Origin: Octopus sinensis
Lineage: Eukaryota
Length of the DNA stretch: 64,000 bases
Direction of reading: 5' to 3'
NCBI RefSeq assembly: GCF_006345805.1
Contig: NC_043006.1
Span: forward strand, 31,558,001 to 31,622,000
This document shows, in pieces, positions 25,735-37,774 of the stretch. The notes beneath the pieces were generated by a model, which saw only the letters and a list, made by a program, of their open reading frames with translations, was not told where the DNA came from and searched no databases. Each line of letters opens with the position of its first letter. Positions within the stretch are counted from its first letter, which is position 1. The position numbers and the translations under genes are program-made.

Positions 25735-25736
<2 letters not shown>
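25359..25736 (-). mobile_element. R4/Dong-like RLE LINE 3' fragment, subfamily 3
   Basis: Minus frames RP..TIIDKETRSYLLID and YNPLKIEMGRIWSMRTVMVVPMIIGALGTVSK...LLQKVCLLG (RLE C-terminus). The tail runs into (TAA)/(TGA)n. Confidence 0.75.
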
Positions 25737-25811
<75 letters not shown>

Positions 25812-25814
<3 letters not shown>

Positions 25815-27065
25815 TAGTTTTATTTTTATAGCGTGTTTTCACTTCACTACCGAGCGCAGCTCTGTGTGCCTTGGGTATGTGCTGTGATTTGTTGTGATGC
25901 TCTGATGGTTATTGTATGGAAAATGTTCTGCGTAGGATGTGTGCAGTACCTAGTAGTGCAATTTTCTGTATGTTATATGTGTTTGTAAGTCCTGGTGTTT
26001 TTGTTATGTATTTGTCTGAATATTTTTTTATCATGCCTAATGCACCTACTATGATAGGAATTGTTTCTGTTTTCAGATTCCACATTCTAGTTACCTCTAT
26101 TTCCAGGTCTTTGTATTTTGAGAGTTTCTCCAATTCTTTTAGAGACACGTTGTCATCAGCCGGTATTGATACATCAATTAGAAAGCATTTTTTTCTTCAT
26201 GATCTCTGACAACTATATCTGGTCTGTTGGCCTTAATTTCTCTATCCGTGTGTATCGGCATATCTCAGAGTATGGTTGCTTTCTCGTTTTCTGTGACCTT
26301 TTCTGGTGTGTGCCTATACCATCTTTTTTCTGTTGTTATTCCCTAATGTTGGCATAGCTTCCAATGTATGTAGGTCCAACTCTGTCATGTCTGTGAATAT
26401 ATTCCTTCTTAGCCAGGACTGGGCAGCCAGAGATAATATGATTTTTGTTTCTTGTCCATGTCCTCCCACATATCTGTAGTTACTTGTAATATTTCTTTTC
26501 ATTACATGTTTTTGGTAATTTCTGGTGGGGAGGCTTTGGTCTTGTGCTGCAATTAAAAATCCCTCTGTTTCTGCTTTGAGTCCTGAGCTTCTCAACCATT
26601 GCTGGGATTTTTCTTTGTCTATTTCTTTTGCGTTTAGTTTAGTCCAGTATTTACCATGAAGGGGCTTTCTTGCCATCGTTTTATCATGTTTCGTTGCTGT
26701 TCTATTTTTAGTTTGGATTTCATTTGTTTTATAGCTTTTGTTGTTTCTTCATCTGCTTCTTCTTGTTCTTCATATTTATTAGGTGGTATGATTTCTTGTT
26801 TGTATTTGTCAGCTTCCTTAAATACTGAGAACAGTTTTTTGTTTTGCTCGTGTTTTGCTGCTATTTGTATCAGTTTTCCTTCCTTCTGAAGTAGATATTT
26901 TTGAGGTCCTATGGTGGTTATTTTATAGTAGTTTTCCAGCTGTATAAGGCCTCTACCACCTTCTATACGTTGTATATATAGTCTTTCTATGTCAGATTTT
27001 GGGTGATGCATCCTAGATCCTGTCATTATTTTTCTTGGTCAGTTCATTTCGTGTCCAGTTAAGGA

Positions 27066-27066
<1 letters not shown>
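25812..27066 (-). mobile_element. R4/Dong-like RLE LINE 3' fragment, subfamily 1
   Basis: HHPKSDIERLYIQRIEGGRGL, KPLHGKY...GLKAETEGFLIAAQDQSLPTRNY and KLSKYKDLEIEVTRMW...IPIIVGALG...QKIALLGTAHILRR. (TAA)n on both sides (25737-25811 and 27067-27150). Confidence 0.9.
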
Positions 27067-27126
<60 letters not shown>

Positions 27127-27148
27127 TATTATTATTATTATTATTATT

Positions 27149-27180
<32 letters not shown>

Positions 27181-27181
27181 G

Positions 27182-28215
27182 TATTATCTTTGCACAGCTT
27201 CTAACGCTGGAGATGTACTACGGTGCCAGTTGTTCACTAACGGTGAACTAAGGTAACACCCCTTATTTTTTCGAGTACCATCCGGAGTATTCCAGCGGTT
27301 CCAAGCAGTGCTGTTTTCTGCAAGTGCTCCACCCTTATTTCAGTCCCTATTTGTTCCACGTACTTCTCGAGATTTTTACTCACTGTTCCCTGGATTCTAG
27401 CAATTATTGGTACTACTACCACCTTTTTCAGCGACTACAACTGCTTAACCTCCTATGCTAACTTGTCATGTCTGTCGACTTACCTTTCTTCCTTATCGCA
27501 TACCTTGTGTCAGCTGGGCATGTTATATCTATGATCCAGCATCGTTTGCTTTCTTTCTCAATTAACACTATGTATGGTTTCCTCTTCTCTATCTCATGAT
27601 CACATCCCATAGGATAACAGCATTAACATTTTCAATGATGCCTTATGGTTTATGTTTGTACTACTTTTTTGCTCTGTCAAGTCCATACTTGTTGCAAAGT
27701 GTCCAACGGACAATCCTTGCTATATTGTCATGACGTCTCTTATATTCTTTCTGGGCTAAAGGCGTACATTGACTGGTAATATGCCGTACGGTTTCACCAT
27801 TTTATCCACTAATTCTGCACTTACCACTTTCTGATATGTTGTCTATTCTGTACTTGATGTAATTCGTTCTTAGAGCCTCCGTTTTCGGTTTTAAATCAAT
27901 TTTAGTCATCCATAGCCATCATTTTTCTCTGTCTTATCTTCAACATCCCTATGAAATTGTACATGCATTCTTTTCTTTATCCACCTATTTTCAGTTTCAT
28001 TCACTCTCAGTGCTTTATCTTTGCAATCTTCCATCCTACACAAGCCTGACGTTCTTACTTCTAATAATAGCGGTTTTGTGGCATTTTTTACATACCATGC
28101 TGTTGTTTTCTTCTGCTCTAAAGCTGTGTTCGCATCCAATCAGTCCTCTTCCTCCTCTTTTCTAGGATGATATAAAGTTGTTTTAAACCGATTGGAGGGT
28201 TATTCATTATACCTT
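27182..28215 (-). mobile_element. R4/Dong-like RLE LINE 3' fragment, subfamily 2
   Basis: WYVKNATKPLLLEV, WIKKRMHVQFHRDVEDK, ETVRHITSQCTPLAQKEYKRRHDNIARIV and VVVPII...EHLQKTALLGTAGILRMVLE. Tail is (ACA)n then (TAA)n. Confidence 0.85.
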
Positions 28216-28233
28216 TCAATTTATTTCCTCATA

Positions 28234-28303
<70 letters not shown>

Positions 28304-28315
28304 ATATGTCCTTTT

Positions 28316-28716
28316 ATTATTTCCTTTATCCTTTTCTATTCTCAGCTCGCGGGATATGGCCATACTGGGTCGCCGCCGTTTGCTTTGCTACACTTTCACT
28401 AAACCTCCTCTAATGTGTGACATTTGGTGATTGAGGGAGTTTGATGCTACTGATACGTTCATCGAGAACTCTTGACAAGAGGTGATCCAGCTTTGTTTTG
28501 AAGACACCTGCATCCACTCCATGTAAGTCTCTCAGGTATTGTGGGAGGATATTGAAGAGCTGAGGGCTTTTGAAGTCCAAGCTGTTGCAATACCTGGTCG
28601 TGTAGTCTGATGGCAATGTTGAGGGTTTTGGTACTATGCAGTGGCGCCCTCTTTCTGCAGTTTGTGTAACTGACAATGCCAATGTTTGGTACAAATTCTT
28701 AAAACATTTTTCCAGA
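28316..28716 (-). mobile_element. CR1/L2-group LINE 3' end
   Basis: ERGRHCIVPKP...TRYCNSLDFKSPQLFNILPQYLRDLHGVDAGVFKTKLDHLLSRV (typical CR1-group C-terminus). 3' tail ggcggcgacccagtatggcc...gctgagaatagaaaaggataaagg. Confidence 0.8.
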
Positions 28717-29419
28717 TGTATGTGTATGTATGTATATATGTGTGTGTGTATATATATATATATATGTGTGTGTATGTATGTATGTATGTATGTATGTATG
28801 TATGTATGTATGTATGTATACACATATATATATACATGCATACATGTCCGCTCATTATTATTATTATTATCATCATCATCATCACCATCACCACTGTCGT
28901 CATCGGCGTCGTCGTTGTCGACAGAGTTATGATTAGTTAATACTCGTTAATTGCTTCTGCATACGAGTGTTTGACGGTATGGCAACATGAGAACTTATTG
29001 ACGTATCACCCCAAAATACAAAAGCAACCCTGTATTAATATATTTGCACGCTGTGCCACACGGAATAATAACAGTTTAATTTGCTACCGACTTAAGCACG
29101 AGGATTGCATGTAAATAGATTTAGTCAACTGTGACAATGGCCAGAGAGGTATGCATGCCTATGTGTGTGTGTGTACAGATACGCACATACACCCACACGC
29201 ACACAGACACAAATACATATATATATTATATATATATATATATATATATGCGTGCGTGTGTGTATATATATATATATACACACACACATTACAATTATTA
29301 CAATTGCACGTGGCGAAAATAATTACCTACCTATTATGAATTAATATATTATGAATAATGATGTATATAAATACATCACACACACATATACACATATAGA
29401 CATATACTTATATACATAT

Positions 29420-29491
<72 letters not shown>

Positions 29492-29499
29492 ATTTATAA

Positions 29500-29542
<43 letters not shown>

Positions 29543-29546
29543 ATAT

Positions 29547-29580
<34 letters not shown>

Positions 29581-29626
29581 ATTATATAATATATATAATT
29601 TATAATATTCTCTTAATTATTTTCAG

Positions 29627-29688
29627 TTAGTCGACTGCAGCTGGGGGTGCTAGGGCGCTGGGGAATCGGGGTACCGCCGGGGTACCAG
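29627..29688 (+). other. Isolated GC-rich 62-bp island: candidate micro-exon or TE remnant
   Basis: Follows tctcttaattattttcag and ends ccag|gttaac. Frame SRLQLGVLGRWGIGVPPGYQ is open. Contains several palindromic hexamers. Confidence 0.25.
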
Positions 29689-29853
29689 GTTAACAGTTTC
29701 TTGAGTTTCATTCAGTCAATTCTCGCACCTGTTAGATTATTTCGTGTCTGGAATTCATTCTATCGATCACTATTTTTTTGAATAGCTAGGCTACGGCAGA
29801 CAGACTGATATGAACGTAAATGCATATATGAATCTAATCTCATTCACTCTCTC

Positions 29854-29908
<55 letters not shown>

Positions 29909-30023
29909 TACACACACATACATTCCACTTAGGATAAATCAGTCAACTGGGGTCTTTTGTGAGAGACATTACCTGTCCAAGGTATTGCAAGGTGGGATCG
30001 AACATATAAATACACATACATGT

Positions 30024-30056
<33 letters not shown>

Positions 30057-30085
30057 AGTGTGTGTGCGTGCGTGCGTCTGTGTGT

Positions 30086-30450
30086 AGGCGCACGCGTGGC
30101 TGTGTGGTAAGTTTGATTGGCAACCACCATGGTTCCAGGTTCAGTCCCAATGCGTAGCACTTTTGGCAAGTGATTTCTACTATAGCCCAGGGCCGATCAA
30201 AGCCTTGTGAGTGGAAGTGATAGATGGAAACTGGAAGACGACCTTCATGTGTGTGTGTCTGAGGGTGTCTCTGTATTTGTGTTTATCCTCATCATCGCTT
30301 GATAACAGGTCCCTGGAATTTAGAGGTTCGGCAAAAGAGAACCGATAAAATAAAAAAAGGATAAGTAGTGGGATCGATTTGTTTGACTAAAATTTGTAAG
30401 GCTGTGCCCCAGTATGGCCGCAGTTCAATGACTGAAACAAATAAAAGAGT
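30086..30450 (+). mobile_element. SINE family B, diverged
   Basis: aggcgcacgcgtggctgtgtggtaag...ccaggttcagtccc...ggccgcagttcaatgactgaaacaaataaaagag. Confidence 0.85.
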
Positions 30451-30557
30451 AGTGTGTGTGTATGTGTGTACATACAAATACATAAATGTCTGAATAAATA
30501 ATATATATTCATGTATATTTACACATATGCATACATACATATATCTATATATATATG

Positions 30558-30628
<71 letters not shown>

Positions 30629-32290
30629 CTCATACACACACACATACATATGCTGGTATATATACAGACACATATACATACATACGTAAATTTTTGAATC
30701 TATACGTATATATATATGGCCATATCCCATTGCAAATATAATTACCTTGCTATTATTATGCTTTAATTATAAATGTTTAATTATGAGTATATATATGTAT
30801 ATAAATGCGTTTGTGTGTTAGTGTGTGCGCGCGCGTGCTTGCAGCAATGAACGAGATTTTCACGATTAATTGAAGTCCATCTAAAGAGTAAATGAAAATC
30901 TAAACGAGCAAACCATGTGCTTCGAAGAAGTGAAGCCTTCATATTTTGATCGATTGCTTCCAAATTAAATTTTTATATTCATTGATTTTGAGAGTCGGGT
31001 GATTACATATATTGTTGAGATTGTATTTAATAAAGGGGCCAGTCCTTTGTCGTGTTGATATATCCATATGTACGCGTCTTTCTGTGTGTGTGTGTGTGTG
31101 TGTATACGTGATTTATTAATTAAGCACAATTCATTAATATTTCTCTCTTCATTAGAGTCTCTAATTATTTGGTTCTAAGACTCAAAGCCTTTCGACACAC
31201 TTGCTTAGATTCTAATCGAAAACGACAGAACTCCTCAGGAAACCAAGTGTTCAATTACGTGTCTTCAGTCTTTAAATTCCCCATACAATCGCCTTGCATT
31301 CTTTTCTCCTTGTTTTCTATTTCACCATTTTTCGCCGCTAGAATATAGAGAGATCGATTAATGATTCAGAATCGGTTAAAGAACTGTGGCTTTGTATTTG
31401 TGTTATGAAATATTTTCGGAAGAAAATAGTGTGGAAACTTGAAACTGAAACAGAAGTGATCGGTCCAATATTTGGAATTTTGGTCACCAAACAAATTAAA
31501 CCCGTTTTTGGAAAATTTGTGAGGGGGGGGGGGGCGTTTGTGTATTTGTTGTATATACATCTACAGATGCAGTACTTGAGCAGATCGTCCCTGTCGTAAG
31601 CTGGAGTCACTTGGGTGACCCAGTTCTTACAACATACATCTTCATCCAGGCAAACTGTGGGATCAAGCCTGGAATTGCGTCCAAGAGACATTCTTCGGAC
31701 TCCACCGATCATCCCCTTTCAGTCAGAAGCACCAAGATGCTTTTTCGGCATCCTATGTCTCTGTGTTGCTTTTGATGGTTTTTCTGCTCACTCCTGCAAG
31801 GGACAAAGCACCATATGCGTGTGTGCTTGTGTGTGTGTGTGTACATAATTTTATGGTTGTTTATAGAACAATTTGTATCCTTTTCGCTTTCCTCGATTTC
31901 GAATTCAAATTTCTAATCACGTCTCACGCTTTGAGGCGATAGTTACCTTCCTTTGTACAAACGGCATCCAGATGGCACCAATTTATAGAGTTAAATACCA
32001 ACAGGTATAAAATTGATTCCATAAATCTTAAGGATATTTTATCCAACGATTAAGTTAATATGTTATATAATCTGTTATTTAAGCTCATCAAAAATCAATA
32101 TTATTTCGCTATACATAAAGAAATCCATTGCAGTTAAATAAAATTTCAATGGTTTCACATTTCATACGCCAGATCGTAAGAGCGTATTCTGGTTTTTATC
32201 ATAAAATGTAAGTTGGTTAAACTTCTATAAAATTCATTCAAATGAATTCATATTGGGTTCGTTTTATTTTTATTGCACTTTGTTCTGTGC

Positions 32291-32685
32291 AAATATGAAC
32301 TGGAAACAGCTCGGCGTTTATAAACAAACTCGAACACACATACACAAGGTAGGTGTGTTATTAGTTCGTCGTTCGGCTGCGGTTTTTAGGCGTAAGGGAA
32401 TATATTCTCTATGCACCTGGTGTTAAAAAACGCCTGAAAGTAAGTCCCAGTCAAGGGATACAACTCACATCAGGCCCTTGCTCGGAGCGACAGACATCAA
32501 TGTTTCCTCATTGTTTTGACTTATCAATGTCGCATACCAAACAAGTCCCGCTGCAAGTCATATCACCAACATGACACGGGAAAAATTCAAATATGGATTT
32601 GTAGCAGCCTGAAGTATATAAACAAAATCGAACACACATACACACGGTATATGTGTTATTTGTTCGTGGGTCGGCTGCGATTTAT
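32291..32685. repeat. Two diverged ~97-bp direct repeats (32291-32388, 32589-32685) around ~200 bp of unique DNA
   Basis: tataaacaaa(c/a)tcgaacacacatacaca...tgtgttatt(a/t)gttcgt...cggctgcg occurs twice. Confidence 0.8.
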
Positions 32686-32744
32686 ATATATATACATTTG
32701 TATATATGTATGTATATGTGTGTATATATATATACTGCATATGT

Positions 32745-33616
32745 GGGAAATTATGTTGGTGTGTCTGTGGAGTTGTTAGCTAACTCCTCTTACATCGTTT
32801 TATCGATTTTGATGAAACTTGACACGTGAGTAGAACTCATGTCTGGAAATCTCATGCCATACTCAGATTGTTAAAAAAAATATCGATAATAGGGCCCCTG
32901 GAAGGGATCCTTATATATAGCCGAGGGAAATAACCCATTCATTTTCTTAAATTATTTCTTAAAAATGAAATTGAGTATGCTTATTTCTTAGTAGTTGAAC
33001 TGTTAGAGTTATTTTCGTAATTCATCTAGTACCACCCTTAAACAAGTAAATAGTATTTTCCTTAAACCCTTAAACAAGTAAATAGTATTTTCCTAAGCAA
33101 TAGATCCACTTATTTCGGTTAGTGACTTATTCACGTTATACCAACACCAGCGCCCTTGAGGGTAATATCCTTTGCAAACGCACAAAACCCCTTTTCAGAG
33201 TTATTTACTTTGAATTGTTATCTCATGTCTGATTAGCCTTGTTATTACATACCTTATTAGTATACATACCTTATTATCCTTGTTATTACATACCTTATTA
33301 GTATTTCCTATGTTCTAAATACTCTGGGAATGCATTAAAGCCCTTTTCAGGGCTACTTCATTTGAATTCTTACTATCGGGTAACTAATTTCATGTTCTTA
33401 CATAACTGATTTCACTATTTGGGTATTCATAACTGATTGGGAATTCCTAAAAACAAGATCTTGTGTAAAACAGTTCGGCAATCTGTGTAAATGCACAAAA
33501 ACCGTTTTAAGAGCTTCATACTTTGTACTGTTGTTATTGGATTAGCAAAACAATTTTGAGAACAAAACCAAGAGATAAGCCCCGTTTTCACGGCAATTAC
33601 CGGGTACGTCCGCTAG
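32745..33616 (+). mobile_element. Non-autonomous Helitron-like element
   Basis: 3' end cggcaattaccgggtacgtccgCTAG|T with a short hairpin; 5' region gtgtctgt...atcgattttgatgaaacttgacac; internal tandem duplications at 33033-33095 and 33237-33303. The 5' boundary is uncertain. Confidence 0.5.
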
Positions 33617-33642
33617 TATATATAGAGAGAGACATACGTGAA

Positions 33643-33918
33643 GGCGCGTGGCTTAGAGGTAAGCGTATTCGACTCACGATTGTCCGTTCGATTCCTGGCG
33701 GCGCGTTGTGTCTTTGAGCAAGACTCTTCATTTCTCGCTGATCCAGGCCAGTCTGCTGGCAAAATGAATTGTACCTGTAATTCAAAGAGCCAGCCTTGTC
33801 ACATTCACGGAATCTCCCTGAGAATTACGTAAAGGGTACGCGTGTCTGTGTACTCAGCCACTTGCACGTTAATTTCACGAGCAGGCTGTTCGGTTAGCCG
33901 TATCGATGGAGTGCCAGT
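33643..33918 (+). mobile_element. SINE family C (body X plus tail T1)
   Basis: ggcgcgtggcttagaggtaag...gttcgattcc...gtctttgagcaagac...gatggagtgccag. Confidence 0.85.
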
Positions 33919-33947
33919 TTTATATACATACATATATGTATTTATGC

Positions 33948-34028
<81 letters not shown>

Positions 34029-34926
34029 CGTGCGTGCGTGCGTGTATATGTGTGTACTGTTTAGTTCCACGGCAGCTGTGACCAAGCAGACTTGTGAGAG
34101 GTCTTCAAAGCGGGACCATCTGATCGTCTGAAATATCAGGGACTACATTGATGAGTGAGTCGTTCTCTGTTTTAAACATTACGATGAAACCTGAAGGAGG
34201 CACGGTTGCTCTACCTAGCAGATCAAACACAGGGTAGAAGCAGCCGTGTTGGATTGTAATAGCATTTATTGGAAGAAATAATTATACATTCAACGCTCTC
34301 GGTCTTGATACTCCTCATCCACAGATGCTTCTCGGCAGCATCCTGCCCCTCTAAGTTAATCATCGAATATTGTGACATTTTCAGCCAACGATTGATGCTG
34401 CTAATGGCTTTGTGGGCGCGAGCGCGCATGCACTTCTAGTGAATTCGTTCTTTCCATTAATGATCCGACTGACGAAGGTTCTAATTAATTTTCCCTCAGA
34501 TTAATTAGTTTCCAAAAGCACACGTCTCCCACTAATTAATACACACGCATACATACACTCACTCATACATACATACATACATACATACATACATACATAC
34601 ATACATACATACATACATACATACATGCATGCATGCATACATACATACATACATACACACATACATACATACATACATACATACATACATACCTATATAC
34701 ATAGATGTATATAGATATGTATGAGTGTGTATATACAGACGTACATATATGCTTTGAATTGTGTTGCTTCAGTTAGTCTACATATATTAAGTCATAAGCT
34801 CAAAACCAAGATTTATTGTGCACTTTAGCCAAATTTCTACCTTTAACATACATTTCTGATGTATTTTGAGAAATAACATATATATAAACATATGTGTATA
34901 TATATATGTGTGTATGTGTTTGTATG

Positions 34927-34973
<47 letters not shown>

Positions 34974-35010
34974 TATATAATATATATACTTGTATATATA
35001 TATATATACT

Positions 35011-35074
<64 letters not shown>

Positions 35075-35699
35075 CATATATACATATATATATGAATATA
35101 GGTATTACATATATATACACATATATATACTTATACATATATATATAGATACATATATATACATATATATATACTTGTATATATATATATATATATATAT
35201 GCACACAAGTATATATACCCGTGTGTTTGTATATACATGTCTATATGTATTCGTTGGCATAAACACACATATATGTTCATAGATTCATTAATACATGCAT
35301 TTTCTTGCAGCACAGACATTTATATTGAGAAACGCGCAAGCGACAGATTTTCTCAGCTTAACGAAATATTTTTTTAGCGGAATTTCTATTGGAATTATTT
35401 TAATGCATTTTAAATTAAATTAAAATAACATAAATTTTGTTCACTTCTCAAGATTATTTTTGCATTTCTTTATTCCATTTTCTAATTATTTAGAGGTTTC
35501 TTTATGAAAGGAAGTGAGTTTATATTTCTTCTGAGAACCGCTTGAAACTAGAAGTTTGTTTTCGATAACACTTGTTGAAATATCTATTTCGTTATTTTGT
35601 CATTTCTTCGAATATTATTTGATACAAAACATAGAGATATATGAAGGCTAGCATGAAATACATACATATATATAGGCATGCGTGCATACATGCATACAT

Positions 35700-36250
35700 G
35701 GTGGCTGTCCCCTCGTTATCGAGTATGACTATTGCACGAAGCTTAATCAATGTTGTTATCGTGCAATGCCTGTTCAAGAAGATTTTTTTTTAAGTGAGGA
35801 AAGGCTGTGCACTGAGTCAATCCCACTCACTAAGCAACAGCAGCCATAATCCGAAAAGAAGAACAAGTCAACATCATCGGTAACCACCGAGCCACAGGTT
35901 TTATATCGGAGTTATCCCAGTTACCTGAGTTACCTTCTCCTAGAAGGATGCCCTAACAAAGGCTAGGAGTCCTTCACTCCCAATGGTTTAACCGCGCGAT
36001 CGGGTATTCTGTCCGATTATTTCTATGACCCCGCGCATGATACATCCTTAAGACACTTATTGGATGACCGTTGACTCTCAAGAGTTCCTCCGCCCTTTGA
36101 CGAGTTTTGTTTTTCATCCCGCAGGGTGTCCAATAAACACCCTCCTCACCAAGCAAGCTTGGTGGGGTTGCCGGTTTAGTCGCCGACGACCCGACCATAC
36201 AAAAGGTTGTACTAGGTTACATGTTACCAGTAGCACTCGAAAGTGACCTG
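35700..36250 (-). mobile_element. Short non-coding retroposon, putative RTE 5'UTR plus 3' tail (bipartite non-autonomous element)
   Basis: Structured GC-richer 5' part with ccttctaggagaaggtaactc (RTE-5'UTR-like, from recall). Tail gtcatactcgataacgaggggacagccacc runs into (ATGT)n. No ORF. Confidence 0.45.
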
Positions 36251-36410
36251 ACATAACATGCATACATACATGCATACATACATACATACATACTTACATA
36301 CATACATAAATACATACATACATACATATATACATACATACATACATACATACATACATACATACATACATACATACATGCATGCATGCATACCTACATA
36401 CATACAAACA

Positions 36411-36830
36411 TGAAGGACAAAGTGGGAACAGACGCTTATCAACCTCCACCACTGACATGTAAATTCAGCAACCTCGAAAGATGATTCTGGCGAACCAACG
36501 AGTGACCATCGATGATCTCCGGAAATTAATCATGATTCTGCATATGAAATCATCCACGGCCAGCTTCGCTTCCGTACAGTTTGTGCGAGATGAGTGCCAA
36601 GAGAGCGTACTGAAGCGCATAAGCAAAATATGTGGAAACCTGGCAACGCATATTCGACCGCTACAACGATGAAGGTGAAGGTGTTTTTGAGAGAATAGTC
36701 ACAGGAGATGAAGCATGGGTCCATTACTTTGAGCCAGAATCCAAAAGGCTGAGTATGGAATGAAAACACTGGAATCGCTAGCGAAAAATAAATTCAACAT
36801 TCGACATTCCGCAGAAAAAAGTTGATTTTC
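36411..36830 (+). pseudogene. Mariner (DD34D-type) transposase fragment
   Basis: MILANQRVTIDD, SAYEIIHGQLRFRTVCAR*VPR and FERIVTGDEAWVHYFEPESKRLSME*KH. Confidence 0.85.
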
Positions 36831-37102
36831 TTTCTATCTTCTTTGATTATTGAGAGCCAACTTTTCATCACTTAGAATGATTCTACTATGTAAAGGTTAT
36901 GTAACAAGTTGACGCTTTCAATGTCGAGAAAAGGCAACTTTTCGATTAAACTGAGAAGCAGTGATCAATTTTAGATACTTTTCCCAGTTCATAAAGGCGT
37001 TTTAAGATCAAAGTGTAACTTGAATTGAATCGAATTGCTAATTCTTGTGCAGTTTTCTTCGAGTTTTTTTTACAACTGCGGTTTTCAGAAGCACAATATT
37101 AA

Positions 37103-37321
37103 TTTCTTTATTACTCGCAGAGGAATAAACATAGAGGGGACAAACAAAGATATTAAGTCGATTACATCGATCTCAGTGTATAACTGGTACTTATTTATTC
37201 GACTCCGAAAGGATGAAAGGTAAAGTCGACCTCGGCAGAATTTGAACTCAGAACGTAACGGCAGATGAAATACCACTAAGCATTTCGCCCGGCGTCCTAA
37301 CGATTCTACCAGCTCGCCGCC
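37103..37321 (-). mobile_element. SINE family A, full length
   Basis: Reverse complement of ggcggcgagctggtagaatcgttaggacgccgggcgaaatgcttag...gagttcaaattctgccgaggtcgac. Confidence 0.9.
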
Positions 37322-37724
37322 CTCAGAAGCGCAATATTGACAGAACTTGGTTGTCCGAATCGCGGGGAATCTGGAAGAGAAAAAATTCTCGAACGAGACT
37401 TGCCAAGTCTCTACAGAGAGAAGAAATATATCTTGCCATTTCCATTACTGAAGTACTTCTGATGAATTCCTGCAGCACAGAGTGTCTGATACGGATCAGC
37501 TCTAAACTCACTCAAAAAGGGTAAAATCGATTTCAGTTGAACCATTATAGCATAAAGTAATCTGCAAAGAAGAGGAAAACATCAGAATGTAAAAACTTAT
37601 GCTTATTTTACCGTAAGTAGCGAAAATGTAACCGTCAAAGGGATCGGATCAAAAAGGTTTCAGGACTTTCTTTCCAACTCATATATATATATATATATAT
37701 CATGCAAGCCTACACACAGACGCT

Positions 37725-37774
<50 letters not shown>

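Noticed and set aside
31566-31780. Possible exon AVLEQIVPV with gtaagc donor, and a 70-codon open frame
   Set aside because: The minus strand reads HRMPKK...NW...AYDRD, more like a decayed RTE C-terminus; neither reading is strong enough to call.
34060-34500. Higher-complexity segment, possible LINE remnant
   Set aside because: Only vague RTE-like wording with many stops; not supportable.
37322-37522. About 60 open codons on both strands ending at aagg|gtaaaa
   Set aside because: No pyrimidine tract (a SINE lies directly upstream) and no recognisable motif.
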